Of a DNA stretch of 43,398 nt, positions 28,891 through 41,593 are shown one piece after another. Made by a program: the position numbers and the translations under genes. The number at the start of each line of letters is the position of its first letter. The first letter of the stretch is position 1. Source of the stretch: Craspedostauros australis (taxonomy: Eukaryota). Location of the stretch: assembly GCA_030167865.1 (NCBI GenBank), contig JALAGF010001782.1, forward strand, positions 1 through 43,398. Direction: 5' to 3'. The notes under the pieces were generated by a model, which was not told where the DNA came from, did no database searches, and saw only the letters and a program-made list of their open reading frames with translations.

Positions 28891-31800
28891 ATGGGACGCA
28901 AGAAGAGAGGAGGCAAGAAGGGCCGCGACGATCCATGGTCGGATGAAGAACCGGCGGCCAAGCCAGCACCTGCTGCGGATGCGGAGGAAGGCGGCGCCAA
29001 GATGTCGCGCAAGGCCAAGCGCCAGGCCAAGCAGCAGGCCAAGCAGCAGGTGAACAAGAAGCCGGACTCCGATTCGGATGACGACGATGACGACGATCTG
29101 GCCATGCTGTTGGGCGGTGGCAAGAATCTGGCGCAGTACGGCAGCGATAGCGACGACGATGACGACAACGATGACGATGACGATGACGATCTTCACGTCC
29201 CAGCACCCGTCAGCAACAAGAAGAACAAGGGCAAGAACAAGAAAAAACAGCAGCAGCATGTCGTGTCGGATGATGAAGATGACACAGGCATGGGCGATGA
29301 AGACGATGAAGACGATGAAGACGACGACGATGGGGATGATGGAGATGATGATGCAGACGTGGAACAGTTTGCATTCAAGATTCTCGATGAACCCAAGAAG
29401 AAAAAGAAAGACAAGAAGGAAAAGAAGGAGAAGAAATCAAAGAAGGACAAGAAAGACAAGAAATCCAAAAAGGAGAAGAAGGATTCCAGCCACAGAGGCG
29501 GCAGCGACGAGGACAGAAGCGATTCCAAGACTGCGGAAGAAGCTGCCGCACCTGCCGCCAAGCAGAAGTCCAAGCTGGAGCTTCAGATGGAGACAGCCAT
29601 GAAGAAGAAGGAAGAGGAGGCGATCAAGAAGTCGCAGCCTGCACCCAAGAAGCAACCTGCGCAACAGCAGGAGCAGCAACAAGACGAGGAGGAGAGCAAG
29701 GTAGCAGCGGATTCGTCCGATGCTAATGCGGAGGGCGGTGATGAACCTTCCGAGCTCATGTATGGTGCGCCAGACGATGTGGTATGGTCCGACAAGAGCC
29801 AGGCCATGGTAGACCAGGAGGCCAACGCTGGAGACGACGGCAAGAACAAGGTGCGTCATTGGCAGAGAGAGAGAGAGAGTGCACATCATGTGTCAATTGC
29901 ACAACAAGCACAATCGCGTTGGGTGGTGATTTTCGTGCTCTATCCGCCTTCTCGTTACGATGTGCTCATGGCGTGTATGTAAAAGTTGTGGCCATGTGCA
30001 TAATGTTGCCTGTGATGTTGATGCTGCTGCTGATAACGATGATGATGATGACGTTGGCGTTGGTGTGTGTGGTTACAAGATTTGCAGTGACCCTGTTGTG
30101 CCATGATGCGCTACTCGTATTCGTCACCTTGCTCTTTCTCCTGTTGCAGTACGGCAAGGCTGTATGCTGCGCAGCATTGCGTTTGCATCAACCATGAATC
30201 TCACTAAAATCGTTGCACTACTGCACTCTGTGCCACACCACGCAACTCTTCACCATACTACGCGCACATTCACAACAATTCAATTGGCGCAGCTAATGTA
30301 CGGAGCGAACGGAAAGAAGCTCAGCAACAAGGAACGCAAGCGTTTGCAGAAGCAGCGCGAGGCAGAGATGAGAGCGGCAGAGTACGAGGCCGTTGCCGCC
30401 AAGGCATCGCGCGAGGGCGCCCAGTTTGCATGCTCGCAGACGGCCGTCAACGAGAAGGACCCGCAGTGGGAGAACGCACTCGATATCAGCATCCCCAACT
30501 TCTCCATCTCCGCTGCCGGCAAGATCCTATTCAAGGACGCAGCCATCTCCATTGCTCACGGACGCCGTTACGGTCTCGTGGGACCCAACGGCCGCGGTAA
30601 GTCCACTCTCCTCAAGATGATCGCCTCCAGAGACCTCAAGCTCCCGCCGCGCATCGACTTCCTCTACGTCGAGCAGGAGGTTGTGGCGGATGACACCCCG
30701 GCAGTCGATGCCGTTCTCAAGGCCGACAAGCACCGTTGGGATCTCATGGAGGAAGAGAAAACTCTCATGAAGAAGATAGATGACGGCGACGACACCGAGA
30801 AGACCATCGACCGGTTGGAGATCGTCGTGGAGGAGTTGACCAACATGGGCGCCGCGTCCAGCGAGGCCAAGGCACGCAGGATCCTCTACGGTCTTGGATT
30901 TAGCATGGAGATGCAGACCAAGCCGACCAAGATGTTCAGTGGTGGTTGGCGTATGCGTATTTCCCTCGCACGCGCTCTCTTCATCGAACCGACCTTGCTC
31001 ATGCTCGATGAACCCACGAATCATTTGGTACGTGCTTTGATGCTGTGATGTGCTGTGCTGTGATGTCCTTCGTCACCAAATTGCTGTGTGTTTGATGTGT
31101 GCATGTCGAGAATATCGCTCTCCGTTAGAGTTGCTTGTGCGCTGGATGCATTGCATCTCAACTGACGATCATTGGCATCACCCCTAACACTCGCAATGTG
31201 CCCTCTTTTCCTCGTATGTATGGTGCATGTTGCTACCCACCACAATCATTACGACCAACCAACTGACCAATGGATGAACGGCAGGATCTCAACGCTGTGA
31301 TCTGGCTGGATGAGTACCTGCAAAAATGGAAGAAGACGTTGCTCGTGGTTTCTCACGACCAGGATTTCCTCAACAGCGTCTGTCAGGAGATGCTCCACAT
31401 TGAAGATCTCAAGCTCATCTCCTACAAGGGAGATTACGACACCTTCAAGCGTGCGCAGAAGGACAAGCTCGTGCAGCAGGTGAAGGCATGGGAGAAGCAG
31501 GAGAAGCGTCTGCGCGAGCTCAAGCGTTCCGGGCAATCCAAGAACAAGGCCCAGGAGACCATGAAGAAGAGCAGCAAACGCGAGGCAGGCGCACGAAGTC
31601 AGAAGAAGAAGAATCAGGCCATTGCAGCTGGTACGGAGACTGCCGAAATCGTCGAACTAATCAAGCGACCCAAGGAGTACACCGTCCAGCTGGAGTTCGC
31701 CGACGTCAACGAACTGTCTCGTCCCGTCATGGAGGTCAACAACGTCAACTTCCGGTACTCCGCCAAGCACCCCGTCATCTTCGACAACATCGACTTCGGT

Positions 31801-32243
31801 ATCGACATGGACAGCCGCATTTGCGTCGTCGGTCCCAACGGAGCCGGTAAATCGACCTTGCTCAAGCTTCTCACCGGCGAAATTCAAGCTACGAAAGGAG
31901 AAGTCAAGCGAAACCCCCGTCTTCGGTACGTTCCTGTGTCTGTGTAACACTTGCTGTTGTTGCTCTATCTTGGTGTGAATTCTGATCTTTGACACCACGC
32001 TGTGCTTATTATGTGAATACCAATGCTGACAACAAGATCAATAAGAGTACTTTACTGCATTGATGTCGATGGTGGGCTTTATGAAGGAGGAAGGAAACAC
32101 TTCCAGGTCTTGGTCATGTCCGAGCTGTCCAAGCCAATCCCTCTCGTTGTGACTCGGACCTCACTCACTCTCACACAATCACAACAACATCTGCTTCCCA
32201 ACCTCGTCACAAATCGTCATGCTCTGCTACCGTATCTCCATCG

Positions 32244-32275
<32 letters not shown>

Positions 32276-32838
32276 GTGGTCATTACAGAATGGGTATCTA
32301 CAATCAGCACTTCGTCGACCGACTCCCCATGAATAAGACCCCAGTCGATCATCTTCGCAGCCGCTTCGAGGACCTTGACTACCAGACCTGCAGAAACCGC
32401 CTGGGCAAGTACGGGTTGGAAGGACACGCGCACGAGGTCGTGATGAGAGACCTCAGCGGTGGTCAAAAGGCCCGTGTCGTGTTCGTCGAGCTCAGTCTGC
32501 AGGAGCCGCACATCTTGCTGCTCGACGAACCGACGAATAATCTCGATATCGAAACCATCGATGCGTTGGTGGAGGCAGTGAATGAGTTTAACGGTGGCAT
32601 CGTGGTGGTGACGCACGACCAAAGGCTGATCGAGGAATGCGACTGCACCTTGTGGGTCGTCGAGAAGCAGGGCGTGACTGAATGGACCGCCGGATTCGAT
32701 GACTACAAGGAAAGCATCCTGAAGCAGCTGGAAGAGGAGGTGGAGCGTGAGAACAAAGCCCGCCGCGAAAAGGTGGAGGCTGCGGAGAAGGCGAGGGCAG
32801 AGAAGATCGCTCGCCTTGCCAAGAACAAGAAGAAATAG
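28891..32838 (+). CDS. ABC-F family ATPase (ABCF1/ABC50-like), 961 aa, with long K/D/E-rich N-terminus
   Basis: Exons 28891..29850, 30293..31027, 31285..31925 and 32289..32838, all GT..CAG introns, 2886 nt in frame. NBD1: [48 protein letters not shown]2: [36 protein letters not shown]. No transmembrane domain. Confidence 0.93.
32245..32274. repeat. (CAT)10 microsatellite inside ABC-F intron 3
   Basis: Perfect CAT run ending shortly before the TACAG acceptor at 32288. Confidence 0.9.
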
Positions 32839-33621
32839 GCAGCATGCGATTGTTCCGCTTACCAGTCAGTAGTTTGATGTCATGCAAAACATGGTTGGCA
32901 AAGGTTTGGTTCAATCCAATGTCCGCGTGCGTAGTGCACTTCGATGAAATGTGGGCAGCAGCAGCATCATTAACCGCTTCACGAACACAACAAGACGAAG
33001 TTCGTTGAGGGAAGGTGCCACATTCTGCTTTGGTTTGTATTCGGACGATCGAACAACCAACATTTGCGAGCGAAACTTCATCCGCCTGGGCGTTATTATT
33101 AGAGTAGCGATTTGCTGCGGTACATGCAGGTTGGAAGCAATTGTACTTGGTTGTTCGTTACATATAATTTTAATGGTTGCTATTCCTAACATGGGTCAGT
33201 GTGGGTCAATGCGATGCGCAAGCATGCGCAGGTGCCGCATCGAAGATCATTCTGTCTCCTTCAGTTCGTTCACCTTGCTGAAGGAGTTTGATTGATAACG
33301 GGTGTAGTGTCATTCGATGAATGATGACGGCTGACGCGATGTGATCGTGATGTGGATGTCGATGTCGATGTGGATGTCATTTGATAATACAATGTGATAC
33401 TTGTGATGGCTTGTGTCTGATCGTTTCTCTTCTCGTGAGGCGATCAAGATGACTTGAGGGTGCTCATGGGAGGGCACAGTCGATCGGTGGATTGGTTGAT
33501 TGGTTGATGGCTCGGTGGCTTGTTTGGTTGTGTAATGGCACGCAGCAATCGCCTGCCCCAAAACACTCAAAAACCCAACCACCGATCTGCAACTCTCTTC
33601 GCTCATTCCATCTGGGCTCTT

Positions 33622-34616
33622 TTATATGCAACCACAGAAGAAGTAGCTGCCGCTGCCGAGGTTGGCTGGCGTCGTTGGATGCTCGGTGACGAACTCTGTT
33701 TCGTTCCTGGTTGCTGCCGCGATCACATCGTTGTACCTGTCCTGCGTTTGGTGGTTGTTGGGGATGTTCTCCTTGTCCTCCTCTGCCGCATCAGCCTCCA
33801 TGATCGTGGCGGAGTCAGTTGGCGTGCCATCCTCTGGAAGATCGTTGTCCTCTTCCTCATCCTCTTCCTCCTGCACGGTAACATCGCCGTGGTCATATCC
33901 CGTCGGTCCCTGTGCGCGGTCGGTTCCATCCATCAGCATGTCGGCACCATGGACGAACGCGTTGTTATCTTTGGCAGGTGGCTTGTCGCCATTGTCACGT
34001 GTGTTCCTGTCTTGTTGGACGGCATCATCTTCGTCATCGAAGTCCTCCATCTCGAGCTTGGGAGACTCTGGCTCCATCTCGGCATCCACGTCATGGTCAT
34101 CGGCGTTCTCCATGCCTTGGGCTGGCTCGACATCGTCACGTTCCTCGACTTCATCATCGGAGGTGTGGTTCACGATGGCATCCTCCTCGTGCTGTTGCCG
34201 GGCGTCGTTGACGTCGTCTGCCTGCGCAGCGTTGGCATTGTCGTATCCGGCGACACCTGCCGCAAGAGTGGCAACGCGCTCCTCGTCCTGGTTCTGCGCC
34301 CCCCTCTTCGCAAGCTTCCTGCGTCGGAAGCTCTTCAAGAATCCAGCGCCTTTCTTGGGCGTGGGCGCCTTGGGAGTCTCTGCTGTCTTCTTGCTACCGC
34401 GTCTCAAGAGCCTGCTCCGCAAACCGTTCCGCACGTACGCGCAAATGTGCGATTGCAAAGGTCAAAGAAGGGTGAGCTGAGTGTTTGCTTAGCGTACGAG
34501 TACTTTGGATCACTTCGTCATGGTTGGTAGTGATGGTGGTGATGCTATTCTTCGCGTGGATGCCCCTCAGTTTCATTCGCCATCTCTTCTTCCCGCGCTT
34601 GCCTCACTTACTTCAT
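33622..34616 (-). CDS. Low-complexity protein: basic N-terminus, long acidic disordered body, C-terminal FFCGCI; 264 aa, function unknown
   Basis: 5-nt first coding exon ATGAA (34616..34612) followed by a consensus GTAAGT donor. The intron 34611..34412 ends GAGCAG, and exon 2 34411..33622 gives MKLLRRGSKKTAETPKAPTPKK...NLGSGSYFFCGCI*. Confidence 0.7.
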
Positions 34617-35257
34617 GTTGCGAGTTCTGTTTTTGATGTTTTGTGGATGACAGTCGTTTGTGAGGAGAGTGTTTTCTTTGAAATTGTGACATGCGGTACA
34701 TCATGTGCGGTCACGCTGCGCGAACGACGAAAGTGACGGCAACGACGAACACACATGAGCGTTGGCACCTCCTTCTTGCATTCTGTCCTTCCTGTCACAA
34801 ATCCATTGTGACGCGTCGTTGGCGAGAATTGGCGAATTGCCACCGCGCGGCGCCACCTCCACTGTGCGACGTACAACCAGATGTCCAATATACATATTCA
34901 TGTATCAATGAAATGTAAATGTATGCGACATCACGAGGATAGTGAGCGAAACACGAATTGCAGTGTCGGTTCATATCGCTACAGGTCGACGAGACATTTA
35001 TGAAATATTCATGTACGAATATATAATTTAAATTTCCAGTTCGTGTACCATCGCCACATTTTCGTTGGCTTCTCCGCGGTCTGTAGCGATCTTCGTTGAA
35101 CGAAATTTGGTGCGCGACAGGACATGTTCCATGCATGTGTGTGTGCGACTTGGTGTGCTTGTGTGGCAGTCAGTTTCAGAAGTGGTTGGAGCAACACGGA
35201 GATGCTGGCACGAACATCGAACAAGGCAACGACATCCAAGGAGGAGGCAAGGCAATC

Positions 35258-35289
35258 AACGAACGAACGAACGAACGAACGAACGAACG
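35258..35289. repeat. (AACG)8 microsatellite
   Basis: Perfect tetranucleotide run in the divergent intergenic region. Confidence 0.9.
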
Positions 35290-35871
35290 CAAATGGTTGT
35301 GGGGTCGCCCATCCATCCTGTGTGAAGCCGTGACAATCCTGATCCCCGAAGAAGGAAGAAACAGAGAAACAGAAGAAACGGCAGAGCAGGCCAGAGACCG
35401 CGCTTGCGTTCCAGCATCGCACAACACCCATCCATCCATTCATTCATCCATCTCCTTCATCCACCTATTCCCGTCTCCATTTCCATCTTCATCTTCATCA
35501 CCACATCGAGCCTCGATTGATCAGCGTCAGGTCATTCATCGCCTCCAATCACGTTCAGCTGAAGGCCACATCCTCCCTCATCCGTGCCATAGAAATTGAA
35601 CTGGAGCGTTGACACCGAAGCACCAAGGTACACACTCGTACCAACACTCACGCCCGAACAACTGGTGCGATACTGCCAGCACACCTTCGGCCGTCCGTTC
35701 CGCTCCGTTTGCTTCCCTTGCCTCACATCCAACGCAGTTCGCTTTTGCTCAGTCCGAGCACACACAAAGCACTTCGCAGTCAACGGCCGTCCTTGTCCTT
35801 CGAAGGAATCCCAACTCCACACACACCACAAATACCGCAACAGCGCGGAAAGAGCAACCAAGCAAGACACA

Positions 35872-38325
35872 ATGGCGCCATCCAGAAGCAGCAAAAAGGG
35901 GTCCCGCCGAAAAGCGGAACCACAAGACGATGACAAGCCCACCATCTTCGAGCGGCTCCTCTTCGGTGGTTCCGAGAGCGGCGACTACTCCGGAGATGAA
36001 TCGCGGAGCGATGTCAGCACCGACTCCGAAACCGGCAGCTCGTCCGTCTCTCATGGATCCGGAAGCGAAACATCGGGCTCCGTCGATCAGACCGAAATCA
36101 CGGAAGAGGACAGAGACCTGATCCGCTTCGATCGCGATCTGCGCGCCAAGCACCGAGGTGCCTGCAAATCCATGACTGTGAGTGCGCTCCATCTCTTTCC
36201 GCCAGGTCATGCCATGCTGTTACACTGTGCTGTTGTGACCATGCGTGTTGCTTGGATTGGTGACTACATCATGATCTGCCGGCTTGCTGGTTGTTGTTGT
36301 TGCTGTAATTTGCGGCGAGAAAGCTATTTTGCGGACAATGGATCAGTCTCGTTGATACCACAACCACACACAAAGGAAAATGATTTCTTGATGCGGGACA
36401 CTGCCTCCACTATTTCGCGCCAATGTTGCCCCCATCGAAACAACATCCGACTCGCCTCCTAACACTCTCCTCCAATTCAACCCTTTGATTTCCCCATCAT
36501 AATTTCATGATCATTCCTTGCGCAGAATGGCAAGTACCAGAAGGCAATCAAAACATTCGAAGGGATTCTGGCGGATCTGTTGGACAGATTCGGTGAATCC
36601 CATCCGCGTGTTGGAGCCGGCCTTCACAACGTGGCAGTCGCAAATCTGCGAGCCGGATTGCTCAGCGATGCGCGAGAAGCAATAGAGGAGGCCGTGCGGA
36701 TCCGCAAGGCGACGCTGGGCAACCAAAGCCCCAAGGTGGCGGTAAGTGCCAATCGTGTGGGTGCGATACTGATTGGCAACATCGACTTTGCATGAAGGGC
36801 AGTATACTTGCGCTACCCCATATGTCACACACCTCACACATCTAATCTTGTGCATCCACGAAATACTCTCTCCCACAATACTTCGATACCCACAATACCC
36901 CCCACACCAAAACTCACAATCCTTGACCACACATCACCAACATTTGCAGGACTCCCTGGTCGAGTACGGCATCATCTTGCTTTCCATGAAAGAGTACTCC
37001 GACTCTCTCGATACCTTCCGCGAGGCCTTCCACCTGAGGCAGCGTGAAGCAACGCTGGCACGCAAATCAGACTCCACGACGGCACAGGAAGCCGAGCTCA
37101 AGATGGCGAAGATCCGGCACAACATCGGCTGCGTCAACTTCGAGTTGGGCAAGTTGGACGATGCCAAGAAGTCTTACATGGAGGCCATCGATCAGCAAAA
37201 GAAGGCGTTCGGAACATGGTCAACGCCGTTCATGATCATGACGGACACCACCAAGCCGGGATTCCTCACCATGGCATCCACCATGTGCAACAAGGGATAC
37301 ATTGACCTGGAGCAAGGCAAATACAACGAGGCACTCTCCACATTCCATGAATCCTTGAAGGTACGACATCTTACGGCACATTGCATTATTCTGTTTCATG
37401 AAATTCATGCAATACGCTCACACACATACCAAACATCGTCCCTTCCTTTCCTTCAAACTCTGTCTAAATTCCCATCCTGTACCATGCCAATTGTGCAAAT
37501 CCGATCACGTACACATGACGGGACACGGACCTAACAACAACCACCATCATTACCACAATCATTACCACCATCATTACCGCCAAACAATAAACTCAGATCC
37601 AACGACTTCTGCTGGAGGCTGACAACAAGTTGATTCTCGGAACATTGGACAATATCGGATACGCGTACTGCATGAAGAGAGACTATGACAGCGCTCTGAA
37701 GGTAAGTTTGACACAAAAGGCCCAACCTGCTCATACGTCGTTTCCCATCATATCCGTGCTCGCAGTGGGCCGCCTTGTGAATGATCATCAGTTAGCGATC
37801 GCAACAACTCACGAACGTCTTTCCTTTCATTTTATCTATCTCATTGCGGAACCGGTTTCACACACGACCGCAATGCGCACGCGGACACCGACACCGACAC
37901 ACGTTCCTCTCCTCTGTTTACCCTTGCGCATGACTGAACAGGCATACGAGGAGCTGTGCAAGCTGCAGCAGGAATCGTACGGTGACCAGTCGCAGAAGGG
38001 ATGGTCCCAATCTATCCGCAAACTGATCTACTGCCAAACCAGCCTGCAACAATGGGAGGCTGCGTTCACCAATCTTCAGTCGTTGGAGGATTACTTGAAC
38101 ACGCGCGGCAAGGGCAAGAACCTGGCCGACGATCTTCGCAACACCCACGAGCTCATGGGCGAGGTCAACTACCAGATCTTCAAGTTCCCAACCCTGGCCG
38201 AATCCATAGCGCCGGCGATGGGATGCGGGTACTGCACGAGCGACGATGTGGAGCTCTCCGCTTGGGTGCCCAAGAAGCCAGCCAACGGCAGCAAGATGTC
38301 CGGCCACCGAATGACGTACGCCTAA
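35872..38325 (+). CDS. Tetratricopeptide-repeat protein (kinesin light chain-like repeats), 473 aa
   Basis: Five exons: 35872..36177, 36526..36741, 36950..37360, 37597..37701, 37942..38325; all phase-0 GT..CAG introns. Repeats such as FGESHPRVGAGLHNVAVANL...AIEEAVRIRKATLGNQSPKVA, MAKIRHNIGCVNFELGKLDDAKKSY and TLDNIGYAY. Ser/acidic N-terminus. Confidence 0.85.
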
Positions 38326-39108
38326 ACAGAGGTGCACGGAAAACCGAAACATCTCTCCAACAAAGGAATACTACATGAAACGGCGATATGAGGAAATAGC
38401 AGCAAGCGCGGCGACTTATACGATACATACCATATACTTACGGAACCGATGCATACGAGACGCGGAAAGATGAGAACCCAAGGAGGCGACCAAAACGAGA
38501 GCAGAGGACGACAAAGACAGGAGGATTCTTTGCCAACGCACGCACATACGGTACAATACAGTATGTGTTGCGAGAGAATGTCCATCGTGTTGTGAGGACG
38601 TACTCATCCGGTTCAACTCCACTAGGGTTCTACAGCCGACACTACATGCAAGTACCAATGCAAGCCGCAAGTGCAAGTGCATTCCCTCACTGCAACACAG
38701 CAGCGTGGGAAAAATACGACTTTCAATATCGCCCAACATGGAACGTGCGCAGAGCACATACTAAATGTATCATTTATGTGCACAATAGAGCCTAAGTGTT
38801 TATCACTGTTGTGCTTTGTAAAGAAAGTGGGTATTATATGTATTCTCCACCGAGATGCAGTTATCCAAATACAGAAGAGAGCTGTCGTAACCTTTCAAGC
38901 TAGTCTGCGCAGACGGACAACGTCCTCATCGTGCCGGATGAGTTTTGCTTCTGTTTCAAAGCGATGTGGGGAGGCGTCAGAGGTTGGATGTGGCAACGAC
39001 GGCCGTTGGTCACGACACCCATATAGCACAAGCATTCCGCAGATTGCCGCATCTTGTGCTTCAGGTCGTCGATGGTTCAGCATCCAAAGTTGGAATTTAG
39101 TATGAGGT

Positions 39109-41028
39109 CTATTCTCCCCGAGCTCGTACGTTGCGTCCATGTTCTGTTCGGGCAAGCGTAACATTCTTCAAGTAGTCCAAAATTGCCGCGCGGTTCCCCG
39201 TTGTTGGGAGCTTCAATGGATCGACACCACCGCGATCCTTGATACTGGTATATGCGTCGCAGAACTCCACCAGATACTTCACAATCTCCAATCTGCTATA
39301 AGAACATGCGCACCAAAGTGGAGTGTGGCCGTCTCTTTGTCGGGCGTTGACGTCCAAGTTGCATGATTCAAACAGATACTTGACGATTTCCAAATTGCCG
39401 GACTCGCAAGCTATGTGCATCGCAGTGCTGCGATACTTGTCGCATTTGGCGTGGACATCCACCTTGCCTGATTCAACCAACCACTTCATAACATCGAGAT
39501 GGCCGCCTACACTCACATGATAAAGTATGGGGCGGCCATCCTTGTCTTTGATGTTCAAATCAACATTGGGCTCTGCAATCAGATACTTCACAATGTCAAA
39601 ATGACGATGGCCATATGCATTGTAGACCGGAGTCTTGCTCCGGCTGTTCTCGACGTTGATGTTGGCTTTGCCGGATTCGACCAACCACTTCACAACGTCC
39701 AGATGGCCATTCGCGCTTGCGAGATGCAGTACAGTGGTGCCACACCTAGCTCGGGAGTTTGGAAACATGTTGGGTCTCCCAAGTAGATACTTGACAGTAT
39801 CAAAGTGCCTGTTGCAATATGCCTTGTAGAACGAAGTCTCACACTTGCCATCCTCGGCGTTGATGTTGGCTTTGCCGGATTCGACCAACCACTTCACAAC
39901 GTCCAGGTGGCCATTCGCACTTGCGTAATGGAGCATGGTCTTGCCGAACCTGTTCTCCGCGTTGACATTCGCTTTGCCTGACTCCACGAAATGCTTCACC
40001 ACCTCCAGGTGGCCGTTGGCACTTGCGCGATGGAATGCGGCGTTGCCTCTCATGTTCTTGATGTTGGTGTTTGCTTTGCCTGACTCCAACAAACACCTCA
40101 CAACTCTCAGGTGCCCCCCAGCACTTGCGAGGTGGAGTACGGTGTCGCCATCCTTGTTCTTGGCATTGCTATCCACCTCACCTGAATCCACCAAATACTG
40201 CGCCACGTCCAGATGACCTTTGGAACACGCAAACTGAAGAGCCGTGCTGCCAGCTCCACTCGCAAGATGAGCATCTGCTTGGCACGACTTCACTAGGTGT
40301 TCTGCAACATCCAAGTGATCATTTCTGTAAGCAAGATGGAGCGCAGTGTCGATGTCATTGTTCTTGACATCGATGTCCATGGTGCGAGTCTCTGTGATGT
40401 ACTTCAAGATATCAAGATGACCCTTCAGGGATGCATCGTGGATTGCAGTATTGCCCAAATCATCCTGGATGTTGATCTCCACTCCACATGATCCAACAAG
40501 GTACTTCACGACATCCAAGTGTCCATGAAGACACGCAGCATGGAGAGCGTTCTCACCCTTCTCGTCTCGCACTAGAGCGCTTGCAGAATATGACTCGATC
40601 AGAATCTTCACGATGGCCACATGCCCCTCGGTACATGCGTCGTGGAGTACCACCTTGCCGGAGTTATCCTGGAGGTTGACATCTGCAGCATGCGACTCCG
40701 CTAGATATTCCACGACATCGAGGTTACCCTGCGCGCATGAATAGTGGAGCGCAGTCTTTCCATCCATAGACTGGGCATTGGCCGCTGCTCTACATGACTC
40801 CATCAACTGCTTGACCATATCAAGCTGGCCGTTGGAGCATGCGAGGTGGAGTGGAGTCTTGCCGTGGTTGTCCTTGATCGTGTCGATGGAAGCTTGTGGA
40901 AAGGCCATCTTCCATGCAGTGAGGGTGTCCACATCTCCTTGTTCTGAGGCGCACAAGAGGTCTTGGTTGGTGACAGTTGGCTCGGACGCATCGCCAGGGG
41001 TCGATTTCAGCGGAAGAATGAAGACCAT
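39109..41028 (-). CDS. Ankyrin-repeat protein, about 17 repeats, 639 aa
   Basis: Intronless. First ATG at 41028 (MVFILPLKST; the track start 41184 is not ATG). Repeated G-x-T-(P/A)-LH-x-A-x-x-x-GHL-x-VV-x-x-L units at 34-aa spacing through nearly the whole protein, with no other domain visible. Confidence 0.92.
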   Translation of the reverse strand: MVFILPLKSTPGDASEPTVTNQDLLCASEQGDVDTLTAWKMAFPQASIDTIKDNHGKTPLHLACSNGQLDMVKQLMESCRAAANAQSMDGKTALHYSCAQGNLDVVEYLAESHAADVNLQDNSGKVVLHDACTEGHVAIVKILIESYSASALVRDEKGENALHAACLHGHLDVVKYLVGSCGVEINIQDDLGNTAIHDASLKGHLDILKYITETRTMDIDVKNNDIDTALHLAYRNDHLDVAEHLVKSCQADAHLASGAGSTALQFACSKGHLDVAQYLVDSGEVDSNAKNKDGDTVLHLASAGGHLRVVRCLLESGKANTNIKNMRGNAAFHRASANGHLEVVKHFVESGKANVNAENRFGKTMLHYASANGHLDVVKWLVESGKANINAEDGKCETSFYKAYCNRHFDTVKYLLGRPNMFPNSRARCGTTVLHLASANGHLDVVKWLVESGKANINVENSRSKTPVYNAYGHRHFDIVKYLIAEPNVDLNIKDKDGRPILYHVSVGGHLDVMKWLVESGKVDVHAKCDKYRSTAMHIACESGNLEIVKYLFESCNLDVNARQRDGHTPLWCACSYSRLEIVKYLVEFCDAYTSIKDRGGVDPLKLPTTGNRAAILDYLKNVTLARTEHGRNVRARGE

Positions 41029-41567
41029 GGTGGTGGTTGCTGTGGCTTGTTGGTTGGAGCACAGTAAGTGTGCACGGATAAGTATAGCAGAATGGAGTGC
41101 TGCCCAGATCAGGTATAGCGAGCTTGGACGAAGAGCTTGTCGGTGTGATTGACTTGATGCTTGTTGATTGGGGTATGTGCGCAAGGGTTCGCAGCTGCGT
41201 GATATAGAAAGGGCTTATTGCTCCGATCTGATGTGACAAGATTGAATGAAGAATCGTTTTCGATATGATTGGCCATGCGCTTGGTTGATTGCTGCTCTTT
41301 GATGGCCGCCCTTGTCTGTTTTTATGAGACTGATGCTATGCTTCTTGATTGTTGTTGTTGTTGGTATCTGTGTTTCGTTTCACATAATGCGTGCTGGATG
41401 GTGTATTATCTGCTCCGAGTATACTACTACGCCGAGTATTGCTTCACCATGGGCTTCATTTCGCTCATATTCACGCCACGGTACGATGTATGTACGCATG
41501 GTACCACCGTGAGTACGCGTACTCCACCAACTTTGGGCATCAACACCAGCGTGGATATAATCTCGAG

Positions 41568-41593
41568 CGTGAACGTGAACGTGAACGTGAACG
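41568..41593. repeat. (CGTGAA)4 microsatellite
   Basis: Perfect hexanucleotide run upstream of the ankyrin gene. Confidence 0.85.

Noticed and set aside
32023-32288. Poly-His tract in the 271-aa ORF as a metal-binding motif
   Set aside because: It is a (CAT)10 microsatellite inside ABC-F intron 3; the conserved junction [12 protein letters not shown] excludes it.
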